From an uncultured virus (IMG/VR IMGVR_UViG_3300034062_004002) (taxonomy: Duplodnaviria > Heunggongvirae > Uroviricota > Caudoviricetes), in the IMG/VR virus record IMGVR_UViG_3300034062_004002: a stretch of DNA of 64,000 nucleotides, one strand, 5' to 3'. The notes below the pieces were generated by a model. That model was not told where the DNA came from and did no database searches. It saw nothing but the letters and a program-made list of their open reading frames with translations. The position numbers and the translations under genes were made by a program. The first letter of the stretch is position 1, and every line of letters starts with the position of its first letter. This document shows, piece after piece, positions 21,631 to 31,555 of the stretch.

Positions 21631-23526
21631 TTATCTCAATTCTCTTAAGTCAAAAGTTCTAACTCCATCAACCGTGATACGACCGTAAAAACGGTTATTT
21701 ACCATCTTTTTCGCGTATCTTGTCATAATTCCTTTAATTGGTGTGAAATTAAATGGATTATACATTGTTGGTGTTAATTGTAATGGTACGTATGGTGCGT
21801 AGATGTAACCAGTATCTAACAATGATGTTCCTTTGTGTCCAATCAAAACTTGGTTTGGTGGAAAGTAAGGGTCACGGTAAACTTGGTAACGACCAGCTAA
21901 TGTACCAACTCTTTCAATACCCATGTTGTATTGGTCTTGCTCAGGAGACGCGTTAGATACGTGGAAGTATTCTAAATCATCAAAAATTGCGGAAACTTCA
22001 GAAGAAACAACAATCCAGTTAGCTCCACCTCTTAAAGTAGACTTGTGAATTTGTGCTGACAACTGATTAATCGCAGTGATTAATGTTTGGTTCCAGTCTT
22101 TTTGAGTGTAGTTAGTTGTTGAAGAAATTCTTCTCCAACCGTTGTAGTCCCAACGTAAGTTCCAAGCCGCACCTTTACGTAAATCTCTTAAGATTTCACG
22201 GTCGATTTCAGCCGCAACTTGTTCAGATAATAAAGCTGTTAATTCAGCTTCAGCATCGATGTTGTGGAAAGCTGCAACGTCTTGAGCTAACTCAGGAGAC
22301 CATTGTGCTCTTAATTTTCTTTCAGTAACAGAAACTGTAACAGAATCCAATTCGAAAGAAACCTCACCGATTTTGTCTTCAAATTCTAATTCTTTGTAAC
22401 GTCTGAATACCGCAGTAAATGCCGTATCGGAAACATTAGCTCCAAGAGTAGTTCCTGTGTAACCATCTAATGTATCTGAACCACAATCAGCACATGCTGG
22501 ACATGATAAATCAACTTCTAAATAGATACAACCTGTTGGTGAACAGATGTCATTGTATTGACCACCATTACCATTAGTTGGCCATGTAGTTTGTGCCATA
22601 CTGTTTAATCCTGACACAATTCCTTGACCGTATTGTTGAGTAACAACTCTGAACAATAATGATTTTGGATTATGAGCCGCGTCAAATACGTTTTGACATT
22701 GTGTTGATGCAGTACTTGCAGACCATGTAGAGTCAGTATAAGTACCGTTAGCAAAAATTCTTAAATCAGATAAAAAAGTCTCAGAATCATATTCGTTACC
22801 ATCAGGTCCGATTAATTTTCCTGTACCTACATTTGCAAATCCGCACATAGAAACAATTACTTTTCTAACATTTTGATTGTCTAACGTTGTTCCCGTTCCT
22901 AAGTCAGTTAAGGCACCATTTTCCCAAACTTGGATATTTGTTCCAACAGTAACTGCTGACCATTGTCCTTTAGAGTAATCGAATAAACCTGGAGGGTCTA
23001 ATTGTCCTTCATTTCCTTCGTAAAATAAATCGTAAAGATTTTTCTTACCGTAAGTAGATGATGTACCATAACCAAGACCAGCTTGTCCTTGTGCCGCAGT
23101 TAAACCATCAACAGCACCAATTGGTCCGTAATGTTCACCTGATTGACCAGCGTAATCGTTACCTGGTGTTTGAGCGGTTCCGCCATCATACCCTTGAATT
23201 TTAGGTACGAAGTAGAACAATTTACCGATTGGTAAGTTCATCGCTTGTACAGAAACGATTTCATTCGCTAATAATTTAGAGAATACACGTCTAACGATAG
23301 GAAAAACAACAGTTTCAAATGAACCTGAAGAACCTTCCGCAGTAGCTTCGTTTATTAAGTGAGACGCTTGATTCTCATATAACTGAGCTACGTTCTCTTT
23401 TAGGTGACCTTTAAGGCCTTCTAGGAATCCTAATTTATCCCATTTGTTGATTGTATCTTCTTTGATAACTTTAAGGTGTTTTAACCCGATGTTACCTACA
23501 AGACCTGATTCTAATAATGCTCCCAT
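21631..23526 (-). CDS. major capsid protein (T4 gp23-like)
   Basis: VFPIVRRVFSKLLANEIVSVQAM, RKLRAQWSPELAQD, EIDREIL, GYIYAPYVPL, GIMTRY. Confidence 0.97.
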   Translation of the reverse strand: MGALLESGLVGNIGLKHLKVIKEDTINKWDKLGFLEGLKGHLKENVAQLYENQASHLINEATAEGSSGSFETVVFPIVRRVFSKLLANEIVSVQAMNLPIGKLFYFVPKIQGYDGGTAQTPGNDYAGQSGEHYGPIGAVDGLTAAQGQAGLGYGTSSTYGKKNLYDLFYEGNEGQLDPPGLFDYSKGQWSAVTVGTNIQVWENGALTDLGTGTTLDNQNVRKVIVSMCGFANVGTGKLIGPDGNEYDSETFLSDLRIFANGTYTDSTWSASTASTQCQNVFDAAHNPKSLLFRVVTQQYGQGIVSGLNSMAQTTWPTNGNGGQYNDICSPTGCIYLEVDLSCPACADCGSDTLDGYTGTTLGANVSDTAFTAVFRRYKELEFEDKIGEVSFELDSVTVSVTERKLRAQWSPELAQDVAAFHNIDAEAELTALLSEQVAAEIDREILRDLRKGAAWNLRWDYNGWRRISSTTNYTQKDWNQTLITAINQLSAQIHKSTLRGGANWIVVSSEVSAIFDDLEYFHVSNASPEQDQYNMGIERVGTLAGRYQVYRDPYFPPNQVLIGHKGTSLLDTGYIYAPYVPLQLTPTMYNPFNFTPIKGIMTRYAKKMVNNRFYGRITVDGVRTFDLRELR

Positions 23527-23571
23527 TTTAGTTTTTTTTTTGTTTTTTTTTGTTTAGTTTATTTTTATGTT

Positions 23572-25032
23572 TTATTTCATTTTAGACATTAAGTCTTTCA
23601 TTCTAAGGAATTGAGGATTTTCATAAGTTTTGTTCTCAATTAAGTTAATCGCTGAGCCTGTCGTTGGTGCGTTTTCAATTTTACGCTCAAATGATTCATT
23701 CATTGATTGACTTGTTGTAGGTGAAAGTTCGTCTTTAATGGTTTTGTACAAACCTTTAGATTCTTTGATTGATTCTACACCATCAAATCTTCTTAAAATA
23801 TTGATTTTTTCTTGTTTTGATGTTGAGTGTTCAGTGAACAAACGTGTAGCGTATGCTAAGTTTGAGTTGAATACTGCAACTTCATTCAATTTATTTCTGA
23901 AGATGTTTAATGCTTTTCTGTATTCTTCATTCTTTTCTCTAAGAACTTGTACTTCTTTTGTGTTACTTTCTTTAAGTGCCATGTTAAATGCTGAGTGAGC
24001 TCTTGGTTTTGGTAAACCACCTTTTCTACCCGCAATACTACCTGTACCTAATGTCCGTACACCTTCTTTGGTTTCCGCTTTTTTGACCATCTTGTTTTTT
24101 CCAAGTTTGTCACCTAAGTTTTCACCTTCCTTATATTCAAATTTTGCTTTACCCGTACCAACCGCACTAGGACCTTGTTTCATTTTTGTTTTGAAACCTG
24201 TTCCTTGATTTGGATTTTTAGAGTAAACTTTTACGTTAGGACCTTTTCCCATTCCAACTCCTTTTGGTTTGATAGTTTTCTTACCTGACTTAGATTCGTA
24301 CATGTTTTCCATGTCGTCTTCCATCATTTCTTCATCCTCATCATCAAATGAGATTTCATAAACGACTTCAGATTCATCCATTTCGTCTTCTTCAGAGTCA
24401 AATTCTTCTGAGGTAAAACCCATGTCTTCGTCTTCCATCATATCAGAGTCGTCCTCGTTAAAAACTTTTTCAATGATGTCATCAATATTAGAATCAGATT
24501 CGTATTCTTCTTCATCTTCCATATCATCATCATCGCTAAACATTTCATTAAACTCCATGTCATCTTCCATTCCTTCACCAACAATCATATATTCTTTGTT
24601 TGCTTGAGTATCCTTAAGATTAATATTACCGCCAGCATCTTTCGTTACTACGATATTATCATCAGGTCCCATCAATTGGAATACACGAAGAACTTCTTCG
24701 TCTGATTTGTTAGTTAAGTCGATTGGTTCTGCCATGTCATCATCTTCCATGTCATCTTCCATGTCATCATCTGACATGTCTTCGTCTTCAACGTCTGTAT
24801 CTTGGTTATCAGCGTCCATATCCATATCCATGTCATCCATGTCCATGTCCATATCCGCATCGTCTTCAACCTCGTCATCTGATTCTTGTTCAAATAGAGA
24901 TTCTTTTACCAATTCTTTGATTTCTTGCGACATTGTTGAAGCAAGTATTCCTTTTGCGTTTTCGGCAACCGCTTCTTCCAAATTTTTCATTTGAATGATT
25001 GCATCTTCTACTAATGATTTTTCTTTTGCCAT
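23572..25032 (-). CDS. prohead core scaffold protein (gp22-like)
   Basis: Very acidic D/E/M-rich middle; C-terminal coiled coil LNEVAVFNSNLAY; lies between protease and capsid genes; ATG 25032 chosen after TATTTATA. Confidence 0.8.
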   Translation of the reverse strand: MAKEKSLVEDAIIQMKNLEEAVAENAKGILASTMSQEIKELVKESLFEQESDDEVEDDADMDMDMDDMDMDMDADNQDTDVEDEDMSDDDMEDDMEDDDMAEPIDLTNKSDEEVLRVFQLMGPDDNIVVTKDAGGNINLKDTQANKEYMIVGEGMEDDMEFNEMFSDDDDMEDEEEYESDSNIDDIIEKVFNEDDSDMMEDEDMGFTSEEFDSEEDEMDESEVVYEISFDDEDEEMMEDDMENMYESKSGKKTIKPKGVGMGKGPNVKVYSKNPNQGTGFKTKMKQGPSAVGTGKAKFEYKEGENLGDKLGKNKMVKKAETKEGVRTLGTGSIAGRKGGLPKPRAHSAFNMALKESNTKEVQVLREKNEEYRKALNIFRNKLNEVAVFNSNLAYATRLFTEHSTSKQEKINILRRFDGVESIKESKGLYKTIKDELSPTTSQSMNESFERKIENAPTTGSAINLIENKTYENPQFLRMKDLMSKMK

Positions 25033-25147
25033 TGTGAGTTTTATATTTTTATATATAAATATTACCAATTGTGAAAAAAGTTTAATTTAACTCAATTCCA
25101 ATCCGTTTATTTATTAATTAATAAATATCACCCATTTGACAAAAAAT

Positions 25148-25176
25148 AAAAAAGGAGACCTTTTGGGTCTCCTTTT
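25148..25176 (-). terminator. intrinsic terminator
   Basis: AAAAAAGGAGACC-tttt-gGGTCTCCTTTT. Confidence 0.75.
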
Positions 25177-25197
25177 AATTTATTATTGAAATTTAAT

Positions 25198-25413
25198 TTA
25201 CTCTATTACTTCATTAATTTTACTTTCAACAATTGCCGTAATTCTCCAATCTTGGGTATACGACCCGAAAATCTTAGTTACTTTTGCCTCAACATCAGTT
25301 GGGGTGAATCCGTTCACTAATTTTTCTTCTCTTAATTTTTTAATTTTTCCTGATTCAGAATCTACTGAATCAATTGTAACTTTTGCTACGAAATACTTTT
25401 CTCCTTGTTCCAT
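25198..25413 (-). CDS. DUF4494-like protein
   Basis: YFVAKV...GKIKKLREEKLVNGFTPTDVEAKV resembles the Bacteroidota DUF4494 pattern. Confidence 0.55.
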   Translation of the reverse strand: MEQGEKYFVAKVTIDSVDSESGKIKKLREEKLVNGFTPTDVEAKVTKIFGSYTQDWRITAIVESKINEVIE

Positions 25414-25429
25414 GTTTAATAATTTTTTT

Positions 25430-26155
25430 TTATCTGTTTCCTAAATAATCGTTCAATTTTTTCATTAAGTCAAGCGATTTGTTTCCTGAATCCCCAACAT
25501 GTCTTTCTACCGACATTCTTTTTTCTTCTTCAATGTTCTCTTCAAAATTACCTTTATCTTCTTTATTTAAGAAAAGATACGCTCCTGGTGTTGATGGAGA
25601 AGAAACTAAGTCAAAACAGATTAATTCAAAATCGTCTTGTACTTCATTCTGTTCACCAATCTTTTTTAAAGACCCAACACCTCTTGATGAGATACCAAGG
25701 GTTACACCTTGTCTTAAGTAGTTTGCCGCCATATCTCCTTTAGTCGATACAATTCCTCTTTCGTGGAACCCTGGACTTGTCAATAATTTTAGTTTACCCA
25801 TTAAGGTTGGTCCTTCCCACCAAACATCTGTAATTAAATGAGACACTCGGTCTAAATCAATTAGTGATGATTCGGGGTGATTTAACTCAGATAAAGAGGT
25901 TCCCTTTTGGATTAGTTTTTTATAATTGTCCGCTTCTCTTTTAAGGATACGTTCAGGATATATTCTACCGTTTCTATTAGGTGTATTATATTTTTGTAAA
26001 ACCGCATAAAACTCAAATGGTTTAGAATGGTCCAACATATTCGTTGATTCTAATATGTAAGAATTTTGTTCGTTTTTTGGTGAAATATATCCAGCATCAT
26101 ACTCGACTAATATCCCCTTACCTGACTCACCAGGTTTTATAATTTTTAGATTCAT
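25430..26155 (-). CDS. prohead maturation protease (T4 gp21-like)
   Basis: NRNGRIYP, ELNHP, VSH, GISSRGVGS, FDLVSSPS. Confidence 0.95.
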   Translation of the reverse strand: MNLKIIKPGESGKGILVEYDAGYISPKNEQNSYILESTNMLDHSKPFEFYAVLQKYNTPNRNGRIYPERILKREADNYKKLIQKGTSLSELNHPESSLIDLDRVSHLITDVWWEGPTLMGKLKLLTSPGFHERGIVSTKGDMAANYLRQGVTLGISSRGVGSLKKIGEQNEVQDDFELICFDLVSSPSTPGAYLFLNKEDKGNFEENIEEEKRMSVERHVGDSGNKSLDLMKKLNDYLGNR

Positions 26156-26167
26156 CTTTAATTTTAA

Positions 26168-26647
26168 TTATAAATATTGAAGATTATCTATTTGTGTCAC
26201 CAATTCTTTTCTTTTCCCATTTTTAGTTGGGTAAAACTTAAAGTATTCATGTTCGTTGAAGCTTTGTTGTACAATGTCTTTTGTCATTTTTTTCAGAGAA
26301 TCTCGTAATCTAATTGATTTAAAATCTGTATCTTGTTCTTTTAGGTAAATGTTAATTTCTAAATTTAAGAACGATTTTTTTCCTGTTGATAATCCACTTG
26401 ACCGTAAATCTAAATCAACAATAAAGTTATCGTCAAATAAGTGTCTATCAATACTACCATGTACAATGTGTCTTATTTCCCGACTTAGATTTAAAACAAC
26501 CCTGTTCCAATTCTCTGTGTCTTTTATTGGTTCTACCCATGTTTGAAGATTTAAATAAAGTGATTTAAAGTTTATTGAGTCTACCGTGCCATACACGACT
26601 TTTGTAGACTTGAATCCTTGGATTTGTGAGGTTTTCCCCTTTTTCAT
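26168..26647 (-). CDS. hypothetical protein
   Basis: 159-aa ORF in the head module. Confidence 0.75.
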   Translation of the reverse strand: MKKGKTSQIQGFKSTKVVYGTVDSINFKSLYLNLQTWVEPIKDTENWNRVVLNLSREIRHIVHGSIDRHLFDDNFIVDLDLRSSGLSTGKKSFLNLEINIYLKEQDTDFKSIRLRDSLKKMTKDIVQQSFNEHEYFKFYPTKNGKRKELVTQIDNLQYL

Positions 26648-26741
26648 TAATTTCCATATTTTTATAGTTTATTTTCCAAAAAAATAGGTATTATTGTTCC
26701 AATAGTCAAAATAAATTAAAATGGAAAGATATTTGTAATAT

Positions 26742-26933
26742 ATGCTAATAATCAAAGTGGAAAAGGGTAATCTCGAAAGAGCCCTAAAAATGTACAAAAG
26801 TAAGGTCATTAAAACAAGACAAATGTCTGAATTAAATGGACGTAAAACATTCGTTAAAAATTCTGTGAAAAATAGAGAAATAATGAAGAAATCAAAATAC
26901 GTTCAACAAAAGTTTAAATCTAACGAAGATTAA
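26742..26933 (+). CDS. rpsU: phage-encoded ribosomal protein bS21
   Basis: 63-aa basic protein MLIIKVEKGNLERALKMYKSKV...RKTFVKNSV..KKSKY of the Bacteroidota-type S21 pattern; antisense to the flanking head genes. Confidence 0.88.
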   Translation: MLIIKVEKGNLERALKMYKSKVIKTRQMSELNGRKTFVKNSVKNREIMKKSKYVQQKFKSNED

Positions 26934-27646
26934 AGAGTTTCTTTAAGATTTTTTAATTTAAAATAAGATAGTTTGTCATACTTTTCTGATTCAACTTTTT
27001 CAATTGTTTCGGTAATTCTATTTAATGTACCGATATCAGAACCTTCTTGCAACGCTTTTAATTTTACAATTACCTCTCCTTTAATCGAATCAAAATTTTC
27101 TTTTAATACAGAATCATCTGTAGATAAAAATTTCATTAAATCTTTCTTTTCAGATTCATTTAATCCATTGATATAACTTGAGATTGTTTTATTTGCGACA
27201 CTCACCATGGTAGTTAGTGGTAATTGTATAATTTCTTTATTAATTGGTTTGGGAACCATTAAAGATTCTTTAATCAATTTTTTACTTTTGATTTTAGATT
27301 CGATAGTTAATACGTCAGTTGAAAATAATCCATCAACAGTTTCGTATAGGTTTTCTGATTTAACATTACCAACCCAAGTCTTTAGATTATTTAACTCAGA
27401 AGATTTAATTTTGTTAATGGTATTTTCATACATGGTAATACACTCATGTATATAATCATTAACCGTATTTTCCTTTAAACCTTTCTTAGAACTTAATTCA
27501 TCGTATAGATAAAATATCTTACTGATATTTTTATTCTCTAATACTAATTTTTTAAAATTTTTTAATTCATCTTTAAAAGTATCGTTAGAATATGATTCTA
27601 ATAAAACTTTTTCTATCTTAGATTTTAATATACCAAACTTAATCAT
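26930..27646 (-). CDS. hypothetical protein (head module)
   Basis: 238-aa helical ORF downstream of portal; LLES, IKES and LNES sites. Confidence 0.75.
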   Translation of the reverse strand: MIKFGILKSKIEKVLLESYSNDTFKDELKNFKKLVLENKNISKIFYLYDELSSKKGLKENTVNDYIHECITMYENTINKIKSSELNNLKTWVGNVKSENLYETVDGLFSTDVLTIESKIKSKKLIKESLMVPKPINKEIIQLPLTTMVSVANKTISSYINGLNESEKKDLMKFLSTDDSVLKENFDSIKGEVIVKLKALQEGSDIGTLNRITETIEKVESEKYDKLSYFKLKNLKETL

Positions 27647-27668
27647 TTTCGTTTTTTTATTATAAATA

Positions 27669-29483
27669 TCAATCTTTTAGAAGTTTACTCAGTTGAGCCT
27701 CCATTTCTCCTAAAGAATTTTTTCCCTTGGATAAATCAATATATGAATCCTCATCCGTTAATGAGTTTGATTCTAATAGAATTTTTAAGTTATCTCGTTT
27801 AAAAGATTCTGGTGTCATTCCCGCACCTCCACCTGGCTCAGGTGGGGGTGGTGGCATTGATTCTCCTCCTCCTTCATCACCTCCTGGAGGTGGTGGAGCT
27901 CCTCCCGCATTTGCGGTTGACCCTGATTTATTACCGTATAGTTTGTCAACGTTATCAAATATTCCTGAATGAGTAATGATTGTTGCGGTGTTTGTTAACT
28001 CAGCACCAACCGCTTTCTCAATACGTTGTTGTTGTAAATCAAGTTTAATTTCTTCATCAGAGAACCCTAACACATGTTTTTTGGCCCATGATACTGATAC
28101 AGGGGCAATACCTTCGATAGCGGTAACCGCGTCTTTATAAAGTAAAATCTTCTCTTTCCACAAATCAACTTTTAATAAATCCGCTTGAGATGATGGGTTA
28201 GTTAAACCTAATGTAAAGTTTGATAACTCGTCCTCAAACCCTAATAGGAATAAGTGAATGATTGCAATTTTATTCATTTCAGCAATCATACATTTTTGAA
28301 TTCTATTAATGGTTCTTGCAAAACGAATATCCATTAACGATAAGTTTTTGCCGTCACCAACAATTTCCTCAAAACCTAAAAAAGCTTTAGGAACACGTAG
28401 TGCGGTTAATAATTTCTTTTGGATGTATTCTATATCAGCGATTTCCGATAAGTTCTGTGCCCCTGGTAATGTCTCAATTGGTGATGCTTGCGCTGGGTCA
28501 CGAACAGGAATAAAGTAATCTTGGTCAACCGCCATTTGGTTGAATCGTAAATCTACGTTTCCTGTATTTTTATCAACAACTTGGTCTCTTTTAAATTTGT
28601 TTGCAACACGTTGTACATATGCCTCAACATCTTTATCATCCATGTTACCAACAAATACTTTAAATACTCTTCTTTCAGGGGCTCTTGATGTTCTATAAAT
28701 TAACATCGCGTCTTCAGATAACAATAACTGTTTCCAAATACGTCTTGCCTTTTCTAACATTGAAGTACCGTAGGGAAGTTTTCTATCATCACCTAATAAT
28801 CTAAAGTGAGCAATCTCCCATGAATTAAATTCCATCGCTTTGGCTTTCCAATTAAATCTTAAACCTTTGTTTTCAATAGGTTCATCGATGTTTTGTTTTG
28901 CCGCTTGAGCTGGCATACCTCTTTCTAATCGTTCAATTTCGATGTTTGGAAGTTGCATACAACCAACAATACCTTTATCCGAATCTAATTTTAGGTAGAC
29001 AAAGTTATCACCATATTTACATGTATTTCTTACCCACATAGGTAAGTTTGTATTAATATCTAACACATTATTAAATAAATCGGCTAGTATTGATTTGATT
29101 CTTTTTGATTCAGAATAGATTTGTAACATATATCCGTTTTCATCAACCGTTGTTGATTCTTCACCATAAATGTCTAACGCCGCAGAAATTTCAGGAGTAT
29201 ACTCCATAGATTCGTAATCGTAAAATGATGACAATCTTGTTGGTTCATAATAAATCGATTGGGTATACATGTTACTCTCAATCTTTGTCCATTGATTTGC
29301 TAAGTAATATGTTTGTTGAGCTTGTAATAACTCTTTATCGTATTCTTGTTTAGAAGTAGTCTTTAATAAGTCTTTTCTGTCAAACTTATATGTTGGGTAA
29401 TCCTGATTTAACAGGGCGTTAGGTCCAAATGCGTGGGATAACCTTTGCCATACTGTTAAATTTCCATTGTCGTTATTTTCCAT
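27669..29483 (-). CDS. portal protein (T4 gp20-like)
   Basis: YTPEISAALD, PYGTSMLE, EDAMLIYRTSRAPERRVFKV, DYFIPVR, LPG, DIRFARTI. Confidence 0.95.
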   Translation of the reverse strand: MENNDNGNLTVWQRLSHAFGPNALLNQDYPTYKFDRKDLLKTTSKQEYDKELLQAQQTYYLANQWTKIESNMYTQSIYYEPTRLSSFYDYESMEYTPEISAALDIYGEESTTVDENGYMLQIYSESKRIKSILADLFNNVLDINTNLPMWVRNTCKYGDNFVYLKLDSDKGIVGCMQLPNIEIERLERGMPAQAAKQNIDEPIENKGLRFNWKAKAMEFNSWEIAHFRLLGDDRKLPYGTSMLEKARRIWKQLLLSEDAMLIYRTSRAPERRVFKVFVGNMDDKDVEAYVQRVANKFKRDQVVDKNTGNVDLRFNQMAVDQDYFIPVRDPAQASPIETLPGAQNLSEIADIEYIQKKLLTALRVPKAFLGFEEIVGDGKNLSLMDIRFARTINRIQKCMIAEMNKIAIIHLFLLGFEDELSNFTLGLTNPSSQADLLKVDLWKEKILLYKDAVTAIEGIAPVSVSWAKKHVLGFSDEEIKLDLQQQRIEKAVGAELTNTATIITHSGIFDNVDKLYGNKSGSTANAGGAPPPPGGDEGGGESMPPPPPEPGGGAGMTPESFKRDNLKILLESNSLTDEDSYIDLSKGKNSLGEMEAQLSKLLKD

Positions 29484-29520
29484 ATTCTAAATTTAATTCT
29501 TATTAGGGATAACTAAATAG

Positions 29521-29691
29521 TTATGAATTCCCTTTGTTTTTGGTATTATTATTTGCGTTGTTGTCAGACCCCCCCTGTCGATTAATATTGTTATCTCCAC
29601 CGGGTTTTACTGAACTTATACCTTGACCAGGAACATTCAATTTACTTCCATTGAATTTTCTGCCTGATTTTTTTCTTCCTACTAATCCCAT
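29521..29691 (-). CDS. small basic Gly/Asn-rich protein (56 aa)
   Basis: MGLVGRKKSGRKFNGSKLNVPGQG...NKGNS*; TATTTATA motif at 29705-29712; below the ORF-track cutoff. Confidence 0.65.
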   Translation of the reverse strand: MGLVGRKKSGRKFNGSKLNVPGQGISSVKPGGDNNINRQGGSDNNANNNTKNKGNS

Positions 29692-29712
29692 TGTTTTGTT
29701 TTATTATAAATA

Positions 29713-31479
29713 TTAACGACCACCAAATAACCAACCGTATTTCGCATATTCCTCACGACCAACATTAGTATTTGAGAATTGGTTAATTCTGTCTCCACCA
29801 TAAGGCATTACAGGATTGAATTCAATTTGTTTACTGGCGGAGTGGTTATTATTAACCGACCAAGAATCTAACATAGCCTTAGTATGTTCAGTTACTTTAG
29901 TTAAATTACTAAAAGATGATTCGGCAACATATGTCGCCATAGCAATAGACATAATTAAATCATCATGGTGACCCTTTTGGTGGTCAGGTCTACCACTGAT
30001 ATAAATAAACGTATTCATCTCATTATAGAGTCTTGCACTATATATTTTAAAATCGTGTCTCATAACCTCTTCAAAAGACGCAATTATTTGAACTCGTTTA
30101 TTATTAAAATTTATTCCAGGAATTTTTTCTAAGGCTTTAGGGTCGTATTTCCATTTGTTTGCACTATCCACACCGTCAACATAAAGATTCTTGTAACCCA
30201 TTTCCTGCATCTTTCTTGCAGTTGAGACTCCCATACCCCCTGTGATATCTATCACAACAAAACAAGAATACATATTAGCCCATTTATAACAAATCTCGGC
30301 CATTGTGTCAGGAGGTAATTTACCAACATATTCGGCAACTTGTTCTCTCGTATCAAAATCAATTATTTGGAACGAACTAAAATCCTCACTATCTCCACGA
30401 CTGACATCGACACCCATAACATACTTGTGACCAATAACAGGTTCTTTCCATATCCATAAAGCATTCCCCATCATTTTAGTTTGGGGTTCAGTTATCATAT
30501 TTTCACGAATCTTTTGTAATAATACCGAATCAAATACGTTATCTCCCGAACCTAAAAAATTACACTCCAACTCTTGTGATACTTTTCTCTTATCGTATTT
30601 AAGTTTTTTAACCATCCCCTCAAACCAAGAAGAACAAGGTTTATATCCCTCGTCCATAATTTCTCTAAGTTTAATGTAGTCTCTGTCATCAAATGAAATA
30701 TCACCCCAACTTATAATATTATCTTTATCGTATTCTTCTTTGTTTAATAAATAATGAATAACATTATCTGTCTTAACAAGATATAAATCTTTAGTATATC
30801 TTGGGTCTCTATACCAAAACATTTCAGTGATTTTAAAATCGTTCATGTTTCTTAATGCTTGGTCATAGATTTCGTAATAAATTGCGTCATAACCATTCGG
30901 TGTTGAAACGACAATCACTTTACCTCCTGTTGATAGGGACGCCATACAAGCAGACCAAAAATCACTGTCGGCTTCGATAAAGGCCGCCTCATCAAATATT
31001 AATATTGTCGGTGTAAATCCACGTAAAGCATCCTTTGATGTTGCAACCGCTTTAACTTCACATCCGTTAGTTAATTTATAATGTTTCTGTGAGTTCTTAT
31101 CAAGTGAAAACCCTGCATTAGTCCATGACGGCCATTGAGACACAAATGCCTTAATTTTATTCGCCATCTCAACAGAAGTATCCAACTTATTTGCAATAAT
31201 TAGAATTTTTTCAGGTCGTTCTTTTTTAGCGAAAACTAATTTTTTTGATGCCCATCCTGCGGTTACTGTGGTTACTCCAGCCTGTCGGTATTTTAAAGCA
31301 ATGTTTTCATTATAGTTCTCATAATCCTCTAGCAATGAAATTTGGTCAGGAAATAATTCCAATGGGACATATTTTGACACAGTGTTATCATATGTTTGTA
31401 AGTATGTTCTTAACGCATAAGGTGTGTCCCTCATACATTTTACATACTCCATTAATAACTGTTCTTTTGTTAAAGTCAT
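29713..31479 (-). CDS. terL: terminase large subunit (T4 gp17-like)
   Basis: KYRQAGVTT Walker A, LIFDEAAF Walker B, STPNG, QELECNFLGS, GVDVSRGDSED, HDDLIM. Confidence 0.95.
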   Translation of the reverse strand: MTLTKEQLLMEYVKCMRDTPYALRTYLQTYDNTVSKYVPLELFPDQISLLEDYENYNENIALKYRQAGVTTVTAGWASKKLVFAKKERPEKILIIANKLDTSVEMANKIKAFVSQWPSWTNAGFSLDKNSQKHYKLTNGCEVKAVATSKDALRGFTPTILIFDEAAFIEADSDFWSACMASLSTGGKVIVVSTPNGYDAIYYEIYDQALRNMNDFKITEMFWYRDPRYTKDLYLVKTDNVIHYLLNKEEYDKDNIISWGDISFDDRDYIKLREIMDEGYKPCSSWFEGMVKKLKYDKRKVSQELECNFLGSGDNVFDSVLLQKIRENMITEPQTKMMGNALWIWKEPVIGHKYVMGVDVSRGDSEDFSSFQIIDFDTREQVAEYVGKLPPDTMAEICYKWANMYSCFVVIDITGGMGVSTARKMQEMGYKNLYVDGVDSANKWKYDPKALEKIPGINFNNKRVQIIASFEEVMRHDFKIYSARLYNEMNTFIYISGRPDHQKGHHDDLIMSIAMATYVAESSFSNLTKVTEHTKAMLDSWSVNNNHSASKQIEFNPVMPYGGDRINQFSNTNVGREEYAKYGWLFGGR

Positions 31480-31502
31480 AAAACCATTTTTATATAAATA
31501 TC

Positions 31503-31535
31503 AAAACCCCCATTTAAATTAATAAATGAGGGTTT
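31503..31535 (-). terminator. intrinsic terminator
   Basis: AAACCCCCATTTA...TAAATGAGGGTTT imperfect stem. Confidence 0.55.
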
Positions 31536-31555
31536 ATATAAATTTAATCTTTATT

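Noticed and set aside
21631..31479. Introns or inteins in capsid, portal or terminase
   Set aside because: The ORFs are continuous with ordered family motifs and no intein splice-junction signature; the capsid insertion looks like an ordinary extra domain
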